NCBI GenBank assembly: GCA_964549815.1 | Contig: CAZJVO010000001.1 | Location: forward strand, 1-57,575 | DNA length: 57,575 nucleotides | Reading direction: 5' to 3' | Source: an uncultured Dehalococcoidales bacterium | GTDB lineage: Bacteria > Chloroflexota > Dehalococcoidia > Dehalococcoidales > UBA5627 | In this document: positions 53,701-57,575 of the stretch, piece by piece | Numbering within the stretch: the stretch's first letter is position 1 | Layout: each line of letters begins with the position of its first letter | Position numbers and translations under genes: made by a program | The notes under the pieces: model-generated | The model's database searches: none | What the model saw: only the letters and a program-made list of their open reading frames with translations | What the model was told of the DNA's origin: nothing

Positions 53701-54870
53701 ATGGAAGAAAAAAAGAAATCGATAGTCTCACGCAGAACTTTTATTGCAGGGTCGGGCGCGTTGCTCTTGTCTGCTTTACTTGGCGGATGCAAGCAGGAGA
53801 CCCTTACTTCTACCGTTACGTCTACTAAAACCAGCACATTACTCAATACCATTACCAATGTCTTGACTACGACCGAAACGGTAACGGTTACCGAGGCTGC
53901 ATCTCAACCGGCAACCAGGGTAATTACAGATATGGCGGGGAACCATGTTACCGTTCCCTACGAAATTAACAGAATTGTGATTACCTGTTACGGCGGAGCC
54001 ACCCATGAAGTTGCAGCAATGGGTGCCGCATCCAAAATAGTGGCACAACCTAATATGAATACATTTCCGGCATTTTTAAGAATGTACCCCGAATTTAGTG
54101 AAATTCCTTTTGTCGGCTCGTTTTCCGATGTGAACATCGAGGAGTTGCTGGAATTAAATCCGGATGTGGTTATCGCCAGTATGACCAGCATGCAGATGAA
54201 TCATGAAATTGCCGAAGTCGGGGTTCCGGTAATCTCGATTTATACATCAATGTACAGTGTTGCCACCGACCTTGAGAAAGAATTCAGCATGATGGGGCAG
54301 TTACTCAATAATACCGAAAAATCGGATGAGTTAAATAATTTCTGGAATCAACAACTGCAGGTAATTGACGAGCATTTACAGAATATCTCTGTTGAAGACC
54401 GGAAAAAAGTTTACTATTCCATCGGCCCTTTGACTCGTACTACCGGCAACACGTTATGGGGGCATGCCTTGATTACTGCAGCGGGCGGAATAAATGTCGG
54501 GGAACAACTTGAAGGAACTCTGAATATTGATGCCGAGCAAATAATTGAATGGAATCCGGATGTAATAATAATCAGGAGAGGGTCTGGTACTGGTTTGGTC
54601 AATATCAGCGATTTTACAGATAATGTCCAGATGCAAGGTATAAACGCAGTAAAAAATAACCAGGTATACGGTTGTCCCATCGGCAGTTTCTGGTGGGATT
54701 GTCCTGCTCCCGAGATGATTCTGGGAATAGTATGGCTGGCAAAAACACTCTATCCTGAACAACTGGCAGATATCGAACTTGAAGCCCTGACTAAAAGTTT
54801 TTACAGGCAATTCTATGACTATGAACTGACTACTGAGGAGTTCGAGGGGTTTTTGTCACAGGATTCATAA
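53701..54870 (+). CDS. Class III substrate-binding lipoprotein, Tat signal, T/S/V linker (SBP2)
   Basis: SRRTFIAGSGALLLSALLGGC. RVITDMAGNHVTVPYEINRIVITCYGGATHEVAAMGAASKIVAQP. Paralog of SBP3. Confidence 0.85.
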   Translation: MEEKKKSIVSRRTFIAGSGALLLSALLGGCKQETLTSTVTSTKTSTLLNTITNVLTTTETVTVTEAASQPATRVITDMAGNHVTVPYEINRIVITCYGGATHEVAAMGAASKIVAQPNMNTFPAFLRMYPEFSEIPFVGSFSDVNIEELLELNPDVVIASMTSMQMNHEIAEVGVPVISIYTSMYSVATDLEKEFSMMGQLLNNTEKSDELNNFWNQQLQVIDEHLQNISVEDRKKVYYSIGPLTRTTGNTLWGHALITAAGGINVGEQLEGTLNIDAEQIIEWNPDVIIIRRGSGTGLVNISDFTDNVQMQGINAVKNNQVYGCPIGSFWWDCPAPEMILGIVWLAKTLYPEQLADIELEALTKSFYRQFYDYELTTEEFEGFLSQDS

Positions 54871-54936
54871 AGAGTTAAATATCTTTTTTTAATAAATAAG
54901 CCGTTAGTTAATTTTATAGATTTAAGGAGTAAAAAA

Positions 54937-56148
54937 ATGGAAGAAAAAAAGAAATTGATAATCTCACGTAGAACTTTTATTGCAGGGTCGGGCGCGATGT
55001 TCTTGACTGCTTTACTTGGCGGGTGCAAGCCGGAGACCCTTACTTCTACCGTTACGTCTACTAAAACCTCGACCTTGTTAAGCACGATTACAAATGCTTT
55101 AACTGCCACTGAAACGGCAACGGAAACAAATCTTGTAACAAACACCAAAACGGTAACAGCTACGGCTACCATTACCGAGACCGTCACGCAACCTTCAACT
55201 AAAGTCATTACCGATATGGGGGATATACGGGTTACCGTACCTTATGAGATAAACAGGATAGTCGTAACATGTATGGGTGGGGCTACTCACGAGGTAGCTG
55301 CCATTGGCGGTGCTTCTAAAATTGTTGCTCAACCATCCATGCAAAAATTTCCTGTTCTTCTGAAAATTTATCCTGATTTTATAAATCTGCCGACTGTCGG
55401 TACGTTCAACAATATCAATATCGAAGAGATTCTAACCCTGGAACCCGATGTGGTAATCAACAGTAAAACATCGACGGAAGGCAACCAGGATATAACGAAC
55501 GTGGGGGTTCCCGTAATCAGAGTCAATACCGGACGAAGCGATATAACCGGTATTTTAGATGAATTCGCGATGACAGGGGAATTGTTGAATAATACACAGA
55601 GGTCAGACGCTCTGATAGCTTTTTGGAGTGAGCAATTAGATATTATCGAAGAACGTCTACAGAATATCCCTGTTGAAAACAGGAAAAAGGTGTACTATGT
55701 TCTGGGTGCGATAACTCATACCAACGGCAGTGAGGCATGGGGACAGACGCTGATTACAACAGCAGGCGGTATCAATGTGGCGGAGGAAATCAGGGCTGAA
55801 AGTGATATCGTTCTCGAACAATTGCTGGCATGGAATCCCGATGTAATGATACTCAGCAGTAATGAGGGAACATTCGTAAGTGTCGAGGATGTTACCGGTA
55901 ATGCTCAGTTACGGAATATAAAAGCTGTGGAAGATAGGGAGCTCTATCTTTGCCCATTGGGTACTTTCTGGTGGGACCGTCCTGCGCCCGAAGCAATTCT
56001 GGGTATTACCTGGCTGGCAAAAACCCTGTATCCCGAACAGTTTACAGATGTCGACCTGAAAGCTTTGTCGAAGGATTTCTATAACAGGTTTTACGATTAT
56101 GAGCTGAGCGATGATGAATTTGACGCATTTTTAAATCCTACGGCATGA
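54937..56148 (+). CDS. Class III substrate-binding lipoprotein, Tat signal, longer T/S/V linker (SBP3)
   Basis: SRRTFIAGSGAMFLTALLGGC. KVITDMGDIRVTVPYEINRIVVTCMGGATHEVAAIGGASKIVAQP. Confidence 0.85.
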   Translation: MEEKKKLIISRRTFIAGSGAMFLTALLGGCKPETLTSTVTSTKTSTLLSTITNALTATETATETNLVTNTKTVTATATITETVTQPSTKVITDMGDIRVTVPYEINRIVVTCMGGATHEVAAIGGASKIVAQPSMQKFPVLLKIYPDFINLPTVGTFNNINIEEILTLEPDVVINSKTSTEGNQDITNVGVPVIRVNTGRSDITGILDEFAMTGELLNNTQRSDALIAFWSEQLDIIEERLQNIPVENRKKVYYVLGAITHTNGSEAWGQTLITTAGGINVAEEIRAESDIVLEQLLAWNPDVMILSSNEGTFVSVEDVTGNAQLRNIKAVEDRELYLCPLGTFWWDRPAPEAILGITWLAKTLYPEQFTDVDLKALSKDFYNRFYDYELSDDEFDAFLNPTA

Positions 56149-56157
56149 TAAAAAACA

Positions 56158-56186
56158 GGGGCGGGGAGTTGAATCCTCCCCGCCCC
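56158..56186 (+). terminator. Strong intrinsic terminator ending the ABC/SBP operon
   Basis: GGGGCGGGGAG-TTGAATC-CTCCCCGCCCC followed by a T-rich stretch (ttaataactgagttttttattttt). Confidence 0.8.
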
Positions 56187-56341
56187 TTAATAACTGAGTT
56201 TTTTATTTTTCTGTCCACAACCACGCCGGTTCCGTAGGCGATAAACTCGGCTGCATTCTGCATCACCATCGCCGTTCCGAATCTCATATCGGTAATAGCC
56301 TTTGACAACTATTGTCTCCGTCACAATCAATTCGGTAGCTA

Positions 56342-56530
56342 TCAAGAATTTTCATCAGCATCTTTTTTCCTGGCTTTCTTTTTGCGTTCGTTAACCGCAT
56401 TCTGCAATATCAGCTCTATTTGTCCGTTGACACTGCGGAACTCCTGGGCTGCCCATTCATTCAGGTTCTCCCATAGTTCTTCATCTATGCGCAGCAGATA
56501 ACTCTTGCGCCCCCCTTTTTTCTTTTGCAT
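56342..56530 (-). CDS. Arc/MetJ-type ribbon-helix-helix small DNA-binding protein
   Basis: KSYLLRIDEELWENLNEWAAQEFRSVNGQIELILQNAV is a typical RHH pattern. Lys-rich tail. Confidence 0.65.
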   Translation of the reverse strand: MQKKKGGRKSYLLRIDEELWENLNEWAAQEFRSVNGQIELILQNAVNERKKKARKKDADENS

Positions 56531-56549
56531 GGGTAGCCTTTCCCTTTAT

Positions 56550-57428
56550 CTATTGATAGAGTGTCCCCGCATTGATAACAGGCGTGGTCGAGGATTCACT
56601 GCATAGAACTACCAGGAGGTTGGATACCATGACCGCCTTGCGCTCTTCATCCAGTTCGACCAGATGTTTATCAGCCAGTTGATTCAGAGCCATTTCCACC
56701 ATGCTGACGGCGCCGTGAACTATCTGGCTTCTGGCGGCAACCACTGCCGATGCCTGTTGGCGGCGCAGCATCGCTTCAGCAATTTCCGGAGCATAAGCTA
56801 AATGGCTGAGCCTTGCTTCGATAACATGTACGCCTGCCCTATCCAGCCTTTCCTGTAGTTCGGCTTCGAGCATCTGGCTGATTTTGTCGGTGCTGGAACG
56901 CAGGGTTAATTGTTCCTGCCCCATATCTTCAAAGGAGTCATAGGGATAAGATTGAGCCAGGTGGCGTACAGACGCCTCACTCTGGATGATAACATACTGT
57001 TCGTAGTTATCGACATCGAAGAATGCCTTGAAGGTATCATCCACTTTCCAGACGATTACGGCGGCGATCTCGATAGGGTTCCCGATCTTATCGTTGACCT
57101 TTAGCTTCTGTCCACTCAGGTTGCGTGCCCTTAAACTGATTTTTTTCTTGATGAAAAACGGGTTTGCCCAGAAAAAACCATTCTGCCTGACTGTGCCGGC
57201 ATATTTCCCAAAGAGCACCATAACCTTAGCTTCATTGGGATTAACGATAAATAAGCCAGGAAACACCAGAATTGAATCCGCGATTATTAGTACAACCGCG
57301 AGGATGGTCATCCATGCATCGCTTCCATCTGCATTCAAGATGAACAAGACAATAGCTGCAGCCAGCAGAATAAGCCCGACGGCCAGCATAAAAAAACCAT
57401 TATAAACCTTTGTAACCTTTTCTGACAT
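56550..57428 (-). CDS. SPFH/Band 7 domain membrane protein
   Basis: Two N-terminal TMs, then [26 protein letters not shown]...[11 protein letters not shown]...coiled-coil [17 protein letters not shown]. Confidence 0.8.
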   Translation of the reverse strand: MSEKVTKVYNGFFMLAVGLILLAAAIVLFILNADGSDAWMTILAVVLIIADSILVFPGLFIVNPNEAKVMVLFGKYAGTVRQNGFFWANPFFIKKKISLRARNLSGQKLKVNDKIGNPIEIAAVIVWKVDDTFKAFFDVDNYEQYVIIQSEASVRHLAQSYPYDSFEDMGQEQLTLRSSTDKISQMLEAELQERLDRAGVHVIEARLSHLAYAPEIAEAMLRRQQASAVVAARSQIVHGAVSMVEMALNQLADKHLVELDEERKAVMVSNLLVVLCSESSTTPVINAGTLYQ

Positions 57429-57575
57429 CGATGTACCTCCTTTGTTATATCATTATGATATCACAATAATATCATAAGCGCTCTTTATAAGTCAATATCT
57501 TTGTGAAAGCATACTCAATTCTTCTGCCGCTGGTAGATTTGAAGGACAGGCTCCTTTGGGCACGATGTGGTTACC

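Noticed and set aside
56139-56287. 49-codon minus-strand ORF downstream of the RHH gene (MRFGTAMVMQNAAEFIAYGTGVVVD...)
   Set aside because: It reads straight through the strong GGGGCGGGGAG/CTCCCCGCCCC terminator and into the 3' end of SBP3, so it is most likely fortuitous.
1-57575. CRISPR arrays, prophage or transposon genes, toxin-antitoxin or known defence-system signatures
   Set aside because: No regularly spaced direct repeats, no cas, integrase, transposase or reverse-transcriptase-like ORFs were found. The patatin gene has no cyclase or CBASS partner. Repeats present are isolated palindromes only.

Overview
This 57.6-kb window is chromosomal and gene-dense, with about 65 supportable CDS. 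The gene content suggests an anaerobic, probably monoderm bacterium: remA-gmk, clpC, plsY, Na+-decarboxylase beta/gamma, and Tat-lipoprotein binding proteins with long Thr/Ser/Val linkers. Chloroflexota/Dehalococcoidia-like or Firmicutes-like are both possible and cannot be decided from the window. I found no transposase, integrase, CRISPR array or tRNA. Housekeeping content: ECF sigma/anti-sigma pair, remA-gmk, DUF47, trkAH, Na+-translocating decarboxylase beta/gamma, clpC, a stand-alone 5S rRNA with its own consensus promoter, marR-RND, plsY, ilvE, mscS, pyrF, folC, trmH-like, MATE, patatin, marR-ABC2. Two accessory loci stand out. (1) 18.1-25.6 kb holds an 11-gene operon made almost entirely of function-unknown metallocluster families: DUF134 regulator, two DUF5320, two NifX-like carriers, two MinD-type ATPases with inserted 2x[4Fe-4S] domains, a CoA-binding protein, TauE and an IscU-like scaffold. 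It converges on a modA/DUF364-like pair behind a candidate Moco riboswitch, and the whole block is bracketed by a 26-nt hairpin element in inverted orientation. (2) 46.0-56.2 kb holds an AT-rich Crp/Fnr regulator followed by a 9-gene operon. That operon combines a chelate-type (FecCD/BtuC-like) ABC importer, three paralogous Tat-lipoprotein binding proteins, and cytoplasmic DUF364, MoeA and an O-methyltransferase. Both loci look like uncharacterised metal/cofactor acquisition and assembly systems. Several long gene-free regions, palindromic repeats and one gene lacking a canonical start codon are also flagged. All family calls come from reading the translated ORFs by eye; no searches were run.
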